Below the pieces are notes generated by a model. The model ran no database searches and had not been told where the DNA came from. It worked only from the letters and a program-made list of their open reading frames with translations. Position numbers and translations under genes: made by a program. Source: an uncultured Alphaproteobacteria bacterium (GTDB lineage: Bacteria; Pseudomonadota; Alphaproteobacteria; Rs-D84). Taken from it: 64,000 bases of DNA. Positions within the stretch are counted from its first letter, which is position 1. The number at the start of each line of letters is the position of its first letter. Shown here piece after piece: positions 30,850 through 43,453 of this stretch. The stretch is taken from positions 177,010 through 241,009 of the forward strand of contig CAMRSV010000001.1 in assembly GCA_947053455.1 (NCBI GenBank). Reading direction: 5' to 3'.

Positions 30850-31192
30850 GAATCTAATAGGGATATTGGATTCGGGGCCTTTACAAGCCTAAAAAAACAC
30901 GAGTCGGTGCGAATCGCATCGGAATATCCATGATGGTGCGTTTGCACCGAATAAACCCATGTACCATATTTATGGTCGGGGTGCGCTGTGAATATGTTGA
31001 ATATCGGCGGGTCAGTACTCGTGTAATGATTTGTAAACACCCCGACCGCCTTATTTTTGGTGGTCTTATCTTTTTATGTTGGTGGCGGGATAATATTCCG
31101 AAATATGTTTAGTGTCATCAACATACTTTATGGTCGGCATCTTATTTCTCATCTCCCAAACATGAAAAAAAATGATTGCCGACCATTTTTTA
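30850..31192 (-). repeat. Composite intergenic repeat, copy B (inverted relative to copy A)
   Basis: The reverse complement matches copy A at both conserved ends and in the central conserved blocks. The modules are ATGGTCGGGGTG (30972-83) with CACCCCGACC (31038-47) flanking a different 54-bp core, and ATGGTCGGCA (31130-39) with TGCCGACCAT (31177-86). Confidence 0.8.
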
Positions 31193-31195
31193 CCA

Positions 31196-31222
31196 TAATA
31201 AAAACGCCCCGAACGGGGCGCT
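31196..31222 (-). terminator. Rho-independent terminator after der
   Basis: The hairpin GCCCCGAACGGGGC is followed by a T-run on the minus strand. Confidence 0.7.
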
Positions 31223-31246
31223 TCATCTAAACACAAGGATTGCGTA

Positions 31247-32581
31247 TCAATCAAATGGATTATCCGCCTTTTCATACTCAATTACAATAGGTAGGTGTTC
31301 CCATTTTAACGCCGTTGCAATCCCGCGACGCAAATACCGCGTGTATGATTCCGGAATATCCGACGCACCGCCAACATTTAACGTTATGCGCATCGGGTGA
31401 CGTCCGGTCTGGCGCGCAAATTTTATCTTCATCGGCCGCTTTAACCGCGACATCGGAGGTTGGCGTGCCTCTATCAACTTTTGAACAATGCGGTTAATCA
31501 GACTGGTTGGAACCGTTGCCATTGAAATATCCCACTGCTCGTAAATACGGCGAAACATGTTTTGAACGCCCGTGCCGGTTTCCGCCGAAATCGCCAAAAT
31601 CATCGGCTTTATAATCTGATGAAATGAATTGGCAAACTGATGTTTTAGTTTCAGCAGTTTTTCATCCCGCATCTCGTCCGGTACCAAATCCCATTTGTTT
31701 AGCGCCACGCACAAAATCTTCCCCGCATCATATACACGCGCCGCAATCCCCAGTGCCTGGTTTTCAATATTACGCGTCGCGTCCACCATTAAAATGACAA
31801 CATCGGCCTTCTCTATCGCGTCCAGCGACTTTAACGCAGACAATGTTTCAACATCGTCCGTTACACCCGCCTTGCGACGGAGCCCCGCCGTATCCATCAA
31901 AACAATATCGCGACCGTAAAACTTGGTCGGTATCTTTACCGTGTCGCGCGTGATGCCCGGCGCGTCCATAACTATCTGTCTTTTTTCACCCAAAACGCGG
32001 TTTACAAATGTTGATTTTCCGACATTCGGTTGCCCCAAAACCGCGATTTTTAATCGCGTGTCACGCGGGGGCACGTGGGCCGTTTCATTTGCCGCATCGC
32101 CCGCAATTTTATCCACAAAATCATAAATTGCATCAAATCCGGTCTTGTGTTCCGCCGACAACATGTTCGGCGCACCAAAGCCCAATTTATAAAAATCATG
32201 CACATCCGCCATTCGCCGCACCGATTCGGATTTATTCACCAGCAGTAATACCGGCGCACGCGTTTTACGCCGAACCAGGCGTGCCCAATCTAAATCTTCG
32301 CCGGTTACCCCCACACGCCCGTCAACCACAAACAAAACCGCGTCCGCCCGTTCAATTGCGGCAATCGCCATATCGGTCGAATCGTGTGCAATTCCGGTCT
32401 TTGCGTTTTCCAGTCCCGCCGTATCAAACACGCGGTATGGCCGGTCGCGAAACACGCCCGCGTTTGTATCGCGCGTGACGCCGGGTCGGTCATGAACCAG
32501 CGCATCACGCGTCCCGGTCAATGCGTTAAACAATGTTGATTTGCCGGTGTTGGGTCGGCCTGCAATTGTTATGTTTATCAT
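31247..32581 (-). CDS. der: Ribosome-associated GTPase Der (EngA)
   Basis: It has tandem GTPase domains (GRPNTGKSTLFN and GQPNVGKSTFVN) and a C-terminal KH-like domain. Confidence 0.93.
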   Translation of the reverse strand: MINITIAGRPNTGKSTLFNALTGTRDALVHDRPGVTRDTNAGVFRDRPYRVFDTAGLENAKTGIAHDSTDMAIAAIERADAVLFVVDGRVGVTGEDLDWARLVRRKTRAPVLLLVNKSESVRRMADVHDFYKLGFGAPNMLSAEHKTGFDAIYDFVDKIAGDAANETAHVPPRDTRLKIAVLGQPNVGKSTFVNRVLGEKRQIVMDAPGITRDTVKIPTKFYGRDIVLMDTAGLRRKAGVTDDVETLSALKSLDAIEKADVVILMVDATRNIENQALGIAARVYDAGKILCVALNKWDLVPDEMRDEKLLKLKHQFANSFHQIIKPMILAISAETGTGVQNMFRRIYEQWDISMATVPTSLINRIVQKLIEARQPPMSRLKRPMKIKFARQTGRHPMRITLNVGGASDIPESYTRYLRRGIATALKWEHLPIVIEYEKADNPFD

Positions 32582-32653
32582 GATTTTTCCATTGATTTTT
32601 TTTAATTATAAAGCAAAAATATAAATAATCAAATCAAAGCAAAAGGCACCACC

Positions 32654-33250
32654 ATGAAGAAAAAAATTATTGGCATATTTTCCCACCTGCGCGACGTTAT
32701 TATAAAACCGAAACGGTACTTTACCAAAATCGTCGCCGATGGCAATCTGGAAGAATCCATGATGAAGGCGTTTATATACGGCCTGCTGGGTGGATTGTCG
32801 GTTTTAGCAATACGTTTAATTGGTGGTGCAACAATTACACTCAGCGCGGTATTCGCGGCAATTATAGTCGTGCCCGTTCTGGCGGTGGCGCTGTTGTTTC
32901 TGATGGGCGGACTGATGATGCTGGTATCGGAAATAACTGGCGGCGAACGCGACTGGGAAATCGCGATTAAGGGCTTGGCGTCCGTATTCTTTGTATACCC
33001 AGTGATTTTGATACTAAATTCTCTAGCCTTTAATTGTCCCAGCATGTGGATAATCAGCATTCTGGTCGACGCATATATATTATTCTTGTTCTATAACATA
33101 TCACTGTACTGCATGCGGGGCAAAAAATCGAACGTTATCATTGTAATCGGTATTCTTGCATTGTTCATGATAACAGTTTACGCCAGTGATTATCGCATGG
33201 GCTGGTTCTATCTAAAGAACACGGGCGCAGCGTTGGCATGCCTGATGTAA
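32654..33250 (+). CDS. Yip1-domain integral membrane protein
   Basis: It has about five TM helices and the conserved N-terminal Yip1-like segment (IIKPKRYFTKI). Confidence 0.55.
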   Translation: MKKKIIGIFSHLRDVIIKPKRYFTKIVADGNLEESMMKAFIYGLLGGLSVLAIRLIGGATITLSAVFAAIIVVPVLAVALLFLMGGLMMLVSEITGGERDWEIAIKGLASVFFVYPVILILNSLAFNCPSMWIISILVDAYILFLFYNISLYCMRGKKSNVIIVIGILALFMITVYASDYRMGWFYLKNTGAALACLM

Positions 33251-33265
33251 TTTAATTGCAAGTAA

Positions 33266-33296
33266 AACAAAACCGGCATCGCCGGTTTTGTTTTTA
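33266..33296 (+). terminator. Rho-independent terminator after the Yip1 gene
   Basis: The hairpin AAAACCGGCATCGCCGGTTTT is followed by a T-run. Confidence 0.8.
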
Positions 33297-33447
33297 TTAA
33301 ATCATTTGCAAACGGGCAAATATGATTTATAATGACGGATGCGAAGGGGAAATTGTTCATTCTTGCATTTTTTTAGGCATGTCCCGAATGCAAAAACGAA
33401 TAATTTTTCTTCGCATAGATGTTAACTTTATAAAAATGGAGAAAAAT

Positions 33448-35616
33448 ATGTTGTTTGGTTTATTCAACAAAGACGACAAAACACACCTGAACAACCCGAT
33501 TGCGGTTGAAATTCCCTATGGCGATGAAACCCTGCGCCTGGAAACCGGTCGCATGGCAAAGCAGGCAAATGGCGCCGTTTTGGCAACAATGGGCGGTACA
33601 ATGGTTCTGGCAACTGTATGCGCGGAAAAGACCGCCGTCGAAGGTCAGGATTTCTTCCCCTTAACCGTTGATTATCAGGAAAAGTTCGCGTCCGCCGGCC
33701 GCATCCCAGGCTCGCGCGACCGCCGCGAGGGCAAGGCATCAACCGCCGAAACACTGACGGCGCGCTTGATTGATCGCCCGATACGTCCGTTGTTCCCGGA
33801 AACATTTAAAAACAAGGTTCAAATTATCGCCCAAGTGTTTTCTTATGACAAAAAGAATCAGCCGGACATCCTGGCTATGATTGCGTCAAGTGCGGCATTG
33901 GCACTGTCCGGTGTTCCGTTCCAGGGTCCCATTGGTGCGGCACGCGTCAGCTATGTTGATGGGCAATACGTTCTTAACCCGTCTAAAAAGGTTGTAGATG
34001 ATTCCGAAATGGATTTGGTTGTTGCCGCAACCAAAGACGGCGTTTTAATGGTTGAATCTGAAATCGGCGAACTGGATGAAAAAACAACGCTGGGCGCGGT
34101 AAAATTTGGCTTTGACGCACAGCAGGCTGTTATTGCGGCGATTAATGAACTGGCCTTGAACGCGGGCAAAGAACGCTGGGCCACACCAGAACTGGCGCCG
34201 GAATACATTGAAATGCAGGCCAAATTTGAATCGTTTGCCGGCGAGATTGAAGGCGCCCTGCAGATAAAGGAAAAACTGGTTCGTTTGGACACATTGGCTG
34301 AAATTCATGCCAAGGCCAAGGCCGAAATCCCAGAAATGTTCCCGGAAACGACTTTTGCGGCGTCCACGCTTGAATCATGGGCGGACGAAATCGTTGAAAA
34401 TATCACGGCGCGCATTATGCGTGGAAACATTCTGGCGGGTAAACCCCGTATCGACGGCCGCGACAATAAAACAGTTCGCCCGATTGAAATCGAACTGGGC
34501 ATTTTGCCGCGCGCACATGGTTCGGCCCTGTTCACACGTGGCGAAACGCAGGCACTGGTGTCACTGACACTGGGTGGCGGCAAAGACGCACTGCCGTTGG
34601 AATCGCTGGACGGCACCGAAGAACGCGACTTTATCCTGAACTATAATTTCCCGGGTTATTCTGTTGGCGAATGCAAGGGCTTAAAATCCCCGTCACGTCG
34701 CGAACTGGGACATGGTAATCTGGCGTGGCGCGCACTGCACCCGATGATTCCAACCCGCGCGGAATTTGATTACGTAATTCGTATCGTGTCAGATATTTTG
34801 GAATCCAATGGTTCTTCGTCCATGGCGACGACATGCGGCGCAACACTGGCCATGATGGATGGTGGCGTTCCGTTAAAGCGTCCGGTGGCCGGTATCGCAA
34901 TGGGATTGATTAAAGAGGGCGACGACTATGCCATCTTGACCGACATCTTGGGTGACGAAGACCACCTGGGTGATATGGACTTCAAGGTAACCGGTACTGA
35001 CAAGGGTATTACCGCCCTGCAGATGGATATTAAAATCACATCAATCACGTTCGAAATCATGGAAAAGGCATTGGCACAGGCAAAAGACGGCCGTATGCAC
35101 ATCCTGGGCAAGATTGAAAAAGCCATCAAGGCGCCGCGTGACAAAGTGTCCGAATTCGCGCCCCAGACATACACAATCAAAATCCACCCGGACAAGGTTC
35201 GTGAAGTCATTGGCAAGGGCGGCAGTGTGATTCAGGCGCTAACGCGTGAAACGAACACCAACATCGACCTGGCGGATGATGGCACGGTTAAAATCATGGC
35301 AGTTGCCAAGGAAGACGCTGATGAAGCCATCCGTCGCATCAAGGAAATTGTTGCAGAACCAGAGGTTGGCGTTATCTATCCGGGTGTTGTTTCCGGGATT
35401 AAGGATTTCGGTCTGTTTGTGAAAATCATGAACGGTTTTGAATCCATGGTTCATATTTCGGAAATCACCGGCGAAAGAATCGCAAAAATCGAAGACACCA
35501 AGATTAAAGAGGGTGACAAGGTATTTGTAAAATATCTGGGCGCGGACAAACGCGGCAAAACCCGTATGTCTATGGTTGGTATCGATCAGAAAACAGGCGC
35601 TGAAATTGCCAAATAA
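33448..35616 (+). CDS. pnp: Polynucleotide phosphorylase (polyribonucleotide nucleotidyltransferase)
   Basis: Two RNase PH domains, a KH domain and an S1 domain are present. The start at 33448 has a GGAG ribosome-binding site. The ORF-track start at 33322 is too far upstream. Confidence 0.93.
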   Translation: MLFGLFNKDDKTHLNNPIAVEIPYGDETLRLETGRMAKQANGAVLATMGGTMVLATVCAEKTAVEGQDFFPLTVDYQEKFASAGRIPGSRDRREGKASTAETLTARLIDRPIRPLFPETFKNKVQIIAQVFSYDKKNQPDILAMIASSAALALSGVPFQGPIGAARVSYVDGQYVLNPSKKVVDDSEMDLVVAATKDGVLMVESEIGELDEKTTLGAVKFGFDAQQAVIAAINELALNAGKERWATPELAPEYIEMQAKFESFAGEIEGALQIKEKLVRLDTLAEIHAKAKAEIPEMFPETTFAASTLESWADEIVENITARIMRGNILAGKPRIDGRDNKTVRPIEIELGILPRAHGSALFTRGETQALVSLTLGGGKDALPLESLDGTEERDFILNYNFPGYSVGECKGLKSPSRRELGHGNLAWRALHPMIPTRAEFDYVIRIVSDILESNGSSSMATTCGATLAMMDGGVPLKRPVAGIAMGLIKEGDDYAILTDILGDEDHLGDMDFKVTGTDKGITALQMDIKITSITFEIMEKALAQAKDGRMHILGKIEKAIKAPRDKVSEFAPQTYTIKIHPDKVREVIGKGGSVIQALTRETNTNIDLADDGTVKIMAVAKEDADEAIRRIKEIVAEPEVGVIYPGVVSGIKDFGLFVKIMNGFESMVHISEITGERIAKIEDTKIKEGDKVFVKYLGADKRGKTRMSMVGIDQKTGAEIAK

Positions 35617-35683
35617 TAATCACGGCGCCCCGCTTGGGGCGCCAATTATAAATTAAACTTCATATAAGCCAGAGGAAATAAAA

Positions 35684-35983
35684 ATGGATATGGAAACACT
35701 GATGGCCCAGGCAGCCGAGTTGCAAAACAAAGTCGCAAATGCCCAAGAAGAATTGGCAAAAACCACGGTAAAGGGTATAGCGAACGCCGGCGCATGCATT
35801 GTTGAAATGACGGGTAAATATGACCTGGTGAACATTACACTGCGCGAAGATGCATTGTCGGGCGGTGCGGCGGCGGTATCTGAAATAGTAGCCGATGCAT
35901 TCCGCGATGCAAAGGCCAAGGCCGACGCGGTTATCGACCGCGTAATGGGCGATGCCACGGCCGGAATGCCGATGCCAATGTAA
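35684..35983 (+). CDS. ybaB: Nucleoid-associated protein YbaB/EbfC
   Basis: The 99-aa product matches the YbaB family (AGACIVEMTGKYDLVNITLRED, AFRDAKAKADAV, C-terminal GMPMPM). Confidence 0.85.
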   Translation: MDMETLMAQAAELQNKVANAQEELAKTTVKGIANAGACIVEMTGKYDLVNITLREDALSGGAAAVSEIVADAFRDAKAKADAVIDRVMGDATAGMPMPM

Positions 35984-36068
35984 CAAATTGATAAAATGTA
36001 ACCGCTTAAGAGCGGTTACGCGTATCCATATTTTATATAGAGCAAAAAATATACAGGGCATAAGAATC

Positions 36069-37904
36069 ATGTGGTTATCAAAACGAATCAAGCACGATAT
36101 AGATTCCAGCAAGATTATATCACTTGATGTGTTTGACACATTGTTGTCGCGTCGTTTCATGCATCCATATGATGTATTCGGCTTTATTGAACAAGTATGT
36201 CAATGTCCCGGATTCAAGGATGCGCGTATTGTGGCAGAATATAATGCCCGGCAAAAATATAAAAAAGATGTCAATCTGGATGAGATTTATAATGTAATAT
36301 CGGTACAATATGCGCATTTAAAATCTTTTGAATTGGCAACCGAAATGAACTGTATGTATGCAAATCCAATCGGATATGAAATATTGCAATACGCCAAGAA
36401 AGCGGGAAAAGATGTAATTTGTACATCGGATACTTATTTTTCAAAAGATTTTATAATCGGTGCCCTGGCAAAGAACGGAATCATTAACCTGCCGGTAAAC
36501 ACTGATAATATTTTTGTTAGCAACGAACATAACGCCAGAAAATCCGACGGTTTGTTATTTGACTGCGTCATCAACACAACCGGCGTTTTGCCGAGAGATA
36601 TTGTCCATTTTGGCGACAGTCAACACTCGGACTATGTCATGCCACGCAAACGCGGAATGCGCGCCCACAAAATCCCATATGTAATCAAAGAGTTTTCCGC
36701 AGCCACAGAAAACAAAAAATTTGTTAACCTATATGCGGAATTAAACAATAATCCGTTGACAAGTTTATTTGTGGGAATGTATGCCAAACAATGGTGGTGT
36801 TCCAAGCACACAGGCCGGAAATTAGATTTTTGGTATTCTGTGGGTTATGCCATTATTGCCCCGTTTATTTACGGGTATACACAGTTTATCCGGCAAAATC
36901 TGCCGACCGAAACACCATGTGATTTATTGTTTGTTGCCCGTGATGGATTTTTGCTAAAAAAATGTTTTGACGCATTTAATTCAAACTGTGACATTAATAC
37001 ACATTATGTTTATGCCCCCAGACTGGTAAAAATACTGGGCGATTTAGATTACAGCAATAAATCGGAATACCTAGATATAATAATAAACTATTATTCAAAC
37101 ATAAATGGCACATTTAAGCGCGCGTTTGAAAACAAGACAATCGATTTTCGGGAAAAACAACAATTATTCACAGATAAACAAAACCTTATTGCGCCCCAGG
37201 CCAGGGAACTAAAATCACGATATATAGAGTATGCAAAGACAATAAAATTACATTCCGACAATGTTATGATGGTTGATTTGGCAAGCAGCGTCATGTCTTC
37301 GCAGCGAATACTTAACGATGTGTTGCCCCAACCGATAAAATATGGTTTTTATTTGGGTACAAATGGTGATTTGCCATACCGGGCGTATATGGACAGACAT
37401 GAAAATCAAACTCTTGATATGGGGCCTATTTATGAATTACTGGTATCTTCGCCCGAATTCCCAATCAAAGATTTTTCGGACAAACGGCCTGTATATAACG
37501 AAGACAATCTTTTAGAAAAACATGATAAACAGTTGTTCATCAAATCAATGGACGGTGTTTTGGATTATATCCAGGATTTAAAAAACAGCGGACTTTGCGG
37601 CCAATTTCATACATTACCCATGAAAGTTTTTGCAAAGTATCAGAACAATTTTTGGCGTTTGTTGTCACGTGTTGATTTGAAACAGTTGCAACAGGCAAAC
37701 TGGGCTTATGACGCCCTAAACAACAATCATGCAAACATGTACCAGTATTATCGTGCCACCGTTGCACGAAAATCCGAGGGCGCATTCAAAAAATCACTTT
37801 ATAGGTTTCGCGGTTCTTTTTTGAAATTTATTATAAATCTTGTTCCGGTCAAAAGGTGGCGGCATGCCATGCGGCGGCATTGTTTTAGTAATCGCAATGT
37901 CTGA
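36069..37904 (+). CDS. Large HAD-superfamily hydrolase fusion protein (N-terminal HAD phosphatase-like domain plus about 400-aa unknown domain)
   Basis: HAD motif I reads ISLDVFDTLL (DxDxT). Candidate motifs II (ICTSDT) and IV (HFGDSQHSD) are present. The C-terminal two thirds match no recognised family. Confidence 0.55.
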   Translation: MWLSKRIKHDIDSSKIISLDVFDTLLSRRFMHPYDVFGFIEQVCQCPGFKDARIVAEYNARQKYKKDVNLDEIYNVISVQYAHLKSFELATEMNCMYANPIGYEILQYAKKAGKDVICTSDTYFSKDFIIGALAKNGIINLPVNTDNIFVSNEHNARKSDGLLFDCVINTTGVLPRDIVHFGDSQHSDYVMPRKRGMRAHKIPYVIKEFSAATENKKFVNLYAELNNNPLTSLFVGMYAKQWWCSKHTGRKLDFWYSVGYAIIAPFIYGYTQFIRQNLPTETPCDLLFVARDGFLLKKCFDAFNSNCDINTHYVYAPRLVKILGDLDYSNKSEYLDIIINYYSNINGTFKRAFENKTIDFREKQQLFTDKQNLIAPQARELKSRYIEYAKTIKLHSDNVMMVDLASSVMSSQRILNDVLPQPIKYGFYLGTNGDLPYRAYMDRHENQTLDMGPIYELLVSSPEFPIKDFSDKRPVYNEDNLLEKHDKQLFIKSMDGVLDYIQDLKNSGLCGQFHTLPMKVFAKYQNNFWRLLSRVDLKQLQQANWAYDALNNNHANMYQYYRATVARKSEGAFKKSLYRFRGSFLKFIINLVPVKRWRHAMRRHCFSNRNV

Positions 37905-37965
37905 ATATATGCGGCGCGGCAAGCCACGCAATAAAATCCGGCAAATCATGAACAAAGGATAGCAA

Positions 37966-38628
37966 ATGAAATTTTTGCAAAAAAAACTATCATCAAACAG
38001 AAAACACGTACGCGTTCTGCTATTTGGAATAAGAGTTTTTAGTTACAAGGCAAAGAACACCGCTGAAAATGTCGTTGGCAACGGAAATGTTGTACAATTA
38101 CCCAAGAATTCCATGATTACTGTTTATATTCGCGGCAATAACAATCGCGTGATTGTCGAAGAGACTACGCACAACCCAGGATTTGCCATAACCCTTTTCG
38201 CCGGGACAGAACCGGTGAACAATTGTACCGTGCATATTGGAAAAAATTTTAGTGTTGGATCCGGCGAAATCCGCATATGCGAAGACAACACGATAGTTGA
38301 AATCGGCGACGATTGTATGTTTAGTGACGATATCAAGCTTTTCGCATCGGATACACACACAATACTGCGGGACGGAAAAGTTTCAAACATTGGCAAACAT
38401 ATTAAAATCGGCAACCATGTATGGTTGGGGCATGGGGCGACGGTGTTGAAAAACACAACAATCCCAGATAACAGTATAGTGGGCGCACGTTCTGTTGTCG
38501 TGGGTATGATACGCGAAAACGGGTCGATTATTGCCGGAAATCCTGCGCGCGTTATTCGCGATGGTGTAAATTGGGACAGACGCTGTCCGAAACAATATAT
38601 GGCGCAAGAGGACGTATCGGCCAATTAA
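37966..38628 (+). CDS. Hexapeptide-repeat (left-handed beta-helix) acyl/acetyltransferase
   Basis: Hexapeptide repeats are present (IGNHVWLGHGATVLKNTTIPDNSIVGARSVV). This is typical of polysaccharide O-acetyltransferases. Confidence 0.75.
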   Translation: MKFLQKKLSSNRKHVRVLLFGIRVFSYKAKNTAENVVGNGNVVQLPKNSMITVYIRGNNNRVIVEETTHNPGFAITLFAGTEPVNNCTVHIGKNFSVGSGEIRICEDNTIVEIGDDCMFSDDIKLFASDTHTILRDGKVSNIGKHIKIGNHVWLGHGATVLKNTTIPDNSIVGARSVVVGMIRENGSIIAGNPARVIRDGVNWDRRCPKQYMAQEDVSAN

Positions 38629-38900
38629 ACCGTTATTTCGGTAAATAATCACAATTAATATACATCGAATGCGACAGGGTCTTTCAACATTATATGAGCT
38701 ATAAGCGTTCGGTTATATCGTGGATTTTCTGCATTGTTCTGCCGAACCATGGCGCAAAGGCGATTACAGAATACTCCAAACAGTCCTAAATTTGTGTTTT
38801 CGGGACAAAATTTCATATAACAAACAACAAAAATTTGGGACTATCCATTTGTCCCCGATTTTCGGGCTGTTTAATACATTTTCGGGTGGGAATTCTTACA

Positions 38901-38974
38901 TGGTGCCCTAAGCAAGAATCGGACTTGCGACTCGTCCTTACCAAGGACGTGTTTTACCACTAGACTATTAGGGC
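38901..38974 (-). tRNA. tRNA-Thr (anticodon GGT)
   Basis: The cloverleaf is GCCCTAA...CGTCC-TTGGTAA-GGACG...GCAAG-TCCGATT-CTTGC...TTAGGGC-A-CCA. There is one C·A mismatch in the D stem. Confidence 0.7.
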
Positions 38975-39022
38975 GATTTCAATACCGCCAATTATAAGGA
39001 AGATTCACCAAAAATCAAGGAT

Positions 39023-39049
39023 AAAAAACGCCTTATTGGGCGTTTTTTA
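39023..39049. terminator. Bidirectional terminator at the 3' end of ung
   Basis: The hairpin AACGCCTTATTGGGCGTT is flanked by A-runs and T-runs. Confidence 0.7.
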
Positions 39050-39050
39050 T

Positions 39051-39713
39051 TTACCATTCAATCGGTGTTTTACCATGCGCGATTAAATATTCGTTCGCGC
39101 GCGAAAAATGATGATTTCCAAAAAATCCCCGGTGGGCAGATAACGGTGATGGATGCACCGATTTTAAAATCAGATTTTTATTCGCATCCACAAATTCCGC
39201 CTTGCGCTGGGCGTATGAGCCCCATAACATATACACGATATTATCGCGAGCCGAGACGGCTCGGATTACGGCGTCTGTAAATTGTTCCCATCCGCGTCCG
39301 GTGTGCGATGCTGCGGCATGCGCGCGCACCGTCAGCGTCGCGTTCAGCAGCAATACCCCCTGGCGTGCCCAATGTGTTAATTCCCCATTTGTCACAGATT
39401 TACGCCCCAGGTCACTTTCTATTTCCTTGTAAATATTGACGAGTGATGGCGGCACAGGCGTCGGCGGCAATACTGAAAAGCAAAGTCCATGTGCCTGACC
39501 CGGTTCGTGATATGGATCCTGGCCGATTATGACGACCTTTACATCATCTAGGGGGCATAAATCAAACGCGGCAAATATATTTTTTGGGGCCGGAAAGACG
39601 GGGCGTCCCGACATATATTCCGCGCGTACAAAATCGGTAAGTTTTATAAAATAATCTTTATCAAACTCCGCCGCCAGCGCATTTTTCCAGGATTCTTCGA
39701 TTTTTACGTTCAT
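39051..39713 (-). CDS. ung: Uracil-DNA glycosylase (family 1)
   Basis: The VIIGQDPYHEPGQAHGLCFSV motif is present, as is the C-terminal HPSPLSA motif. Confidence 0.93.
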   Translation of the reverse strand: MNVKIEESWKNALAAEFDKDYFIKLTDFVRAEYMSGRPVFPAPKNIFAAFDLCPLDDVKVVIIGQDPYHEPGQAHGLCFSVLPPTPVPPSLVNIYKEIESDLGRKSVTNGELTHWARQGVLLLNATLTVRAHAAASHTGRGWEQFTDAVIRAVSARDNIVYMLWGSYAQRKAEFVDANKNLILKSVHPSPLSAHRGFFGNHHFSRANEYLIAHGKTPIEW

Positions 39714-39726
39714 GAGCGTTTCCTTG

Positions 39727-40374
39727 TCAAATCTTAATTAATCCTGTTTGGCATGCTTTCCACAAAACAACATCAATATATCCGCGGGGCAATTTTGTTT
39801 GCGCACATAGGGCTACGAACATATCGTCGCATGCACGTTTTACCGCCGCGTCCAGTTTTCCGTTGTCTATTTTACCGCGCAGCGTATCGTCACCCGCAAA
39901 GCACACACCAAGCCTTTGAATCCATATGTCGTATTTTACAACATCTTCACCCAGATTTCGCGCCAAATGGTTTGCGGTAATCTTTCCGATATGCGGCAGT
40001 TTTGAGAGATATTCGACGCGCGCATCCGTATCCGTTAATTCATAATATGCGTGACACAAATCCGCACGTGACGCCCAAATTTTACAAATTGCATTTATTT
40101 TGTTTTTATTGTTAAACAGTGCAATCAATTGGTCGAAATTTGCGCCATGCATATTAATGCATTCCATTATTTTGGCATGAATTTTCTTGGCCGTTTTCTG
40201 GGAAAATCCCCCGGCCAAAATAACGTATGAGCAGGCATTGGCGAATTCGTCGGGGGTGCACACGTGGTGCGCCGACAGATTTTGCTTAATTTCATCAAAC
40301 GTCTGTGCATCGGAATCCATTCCCATTTCGCGAATGCGCGTATCCAGCCCATTAAACCAATCCGCCGTGAACAT
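39727..40374 (-). CDS. HhH-GPD superfamily DNA glycosylase-like protein (MagIII/AlkA-like)
   Basis: An HhH motif and a putative catalytic Asp (KLPHIGKITANHLARNLGEDVVKYDIWIQRL) align with the Nth pattern LPGIGxKTAN...D(T/I)H. The gene is adjacent to ung. Confidence 0.5.
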   Translation of the reverse strand: MFTADWFNGLDTRIREMGMDSDAQTFDEIKQNLSAHHVCTPDEFANACSYVILAGGFSQKTAKKIHAKIMECINMHGANFDQLIALFNNKNKINAICKIWASRADLCHAYYELTDTDARVEYLSKLPHIGKITANHLARNLGEDVVKYDIWIQRLGVCFAGDDTLRGKIDNGKLDAAVKRACDDMFVALCAQTKLPRGYIDVVLWKACQTGLIKI

Positions 40375-40383
40375 TTATATCCC

Positions 40384-42822
<2,439 letters not shown>

Positions 42823-42858
42823 TTATGGTATAATTATCAAGAAAAAAGGATAAAAAAC

Positions 42859-43167
42859 ATGGCAAATTCACAAGCGCCAAAATATACCAAGGCGGACTTT
42901 CTAAATTACAAGAAATTGGCCGAAAAACTGGGCGCCGATCCGATAGAAGTGTATGAAGTGATGCGTCGCCACTGGAAGGCGAGTACGCCAATAAAATATA
43001 CCGTCAACGGTCGCAATGCAGTTAGTCAAATGATTGTTATGAATACCAACCGTAAATCGGTTGGACGCACATCTAGAACATCGACAACAAATAAAAATGC
43101 ACTGCTTTTGCATCCAATGGGATTTGGTGTATTTGTAGAGATGCTTAAATCAACAAAAAGGAAATAA
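42859..43167 (+). CDS. Hypothetical basic protein, paralog A (possible Rha/ORF6N-like DNA-binding motif)
   Basis: The N-terminal KADFLNYKKLAEKLGADPIEVYEVMRRH resembles the LAxxLG...V helix-turn-helix signature of the phage Rha/ORF6N/KilA-N regulators. It is a tandem paralog of the next gene. Confidence 0.45.
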   Translation: MANSQAPKYTKADFLNYKKLAEKLGADPIEVYEVMRRHWKASTPIKYTVNGRNAVSQMIVMNTNRKSVGRTSRTSTTNKNALLLHPMGFGVFVEMLKSTKRK

Positions 43168-43168
43168 C

Positions 43169-43453
43169 ATGATAGTAGAAGGTGAAAGAAAATTTACAAA
43201 AGCCGACTATTTAAATTATAAAAAGCTGGCGGAAAAACTGGGCGCCGACCCAAAAGAAGTATATCAAACAATGTTGCGACATTACAAAATGCGCACGCCG
43301 ATTGAATATGAATCAAACGGGATTAAGGTAAAAAATTTTATGATTGTAAGGGCAGTGGGTAAATCTACAATATCTCATCGAAATACTATTGTATTACATC
43401 CGTATGCATTCACTAAATTTAAGGAAGTATTCACAAAAGGAAATACAAAATGA
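43169..43453 (+). CDS. Hypothetical basic protein, paralog B
   Basis: It shows clear sequence similarity to 42859-43167 (KADYLNYKKLAEKLGADPKEVYQTMLRHYKMRTPIEY). It starts 2 nt after the paralog A stop. Confidence 0.45.
   Translation: MIVEGERKFTKADYLNYKKLAEKLGADPKEVYQTMLRHYKMRTPIEYESNGIKVKNFMIVRAVGKSTISHRNTIVLHPYAFTKFKEVFTKGNTK

Noticed and set aside
33322-33447. An N-terminal extension of pnp in the ORF track (starting MIYNDGCEGE...)
   Set aside because: There is no ribosome-binding site and the extension runs into the upstream terminator region. Conserved PNPase begins near MLFGLFNK with a GGAG ribosome-binding site at 33438.
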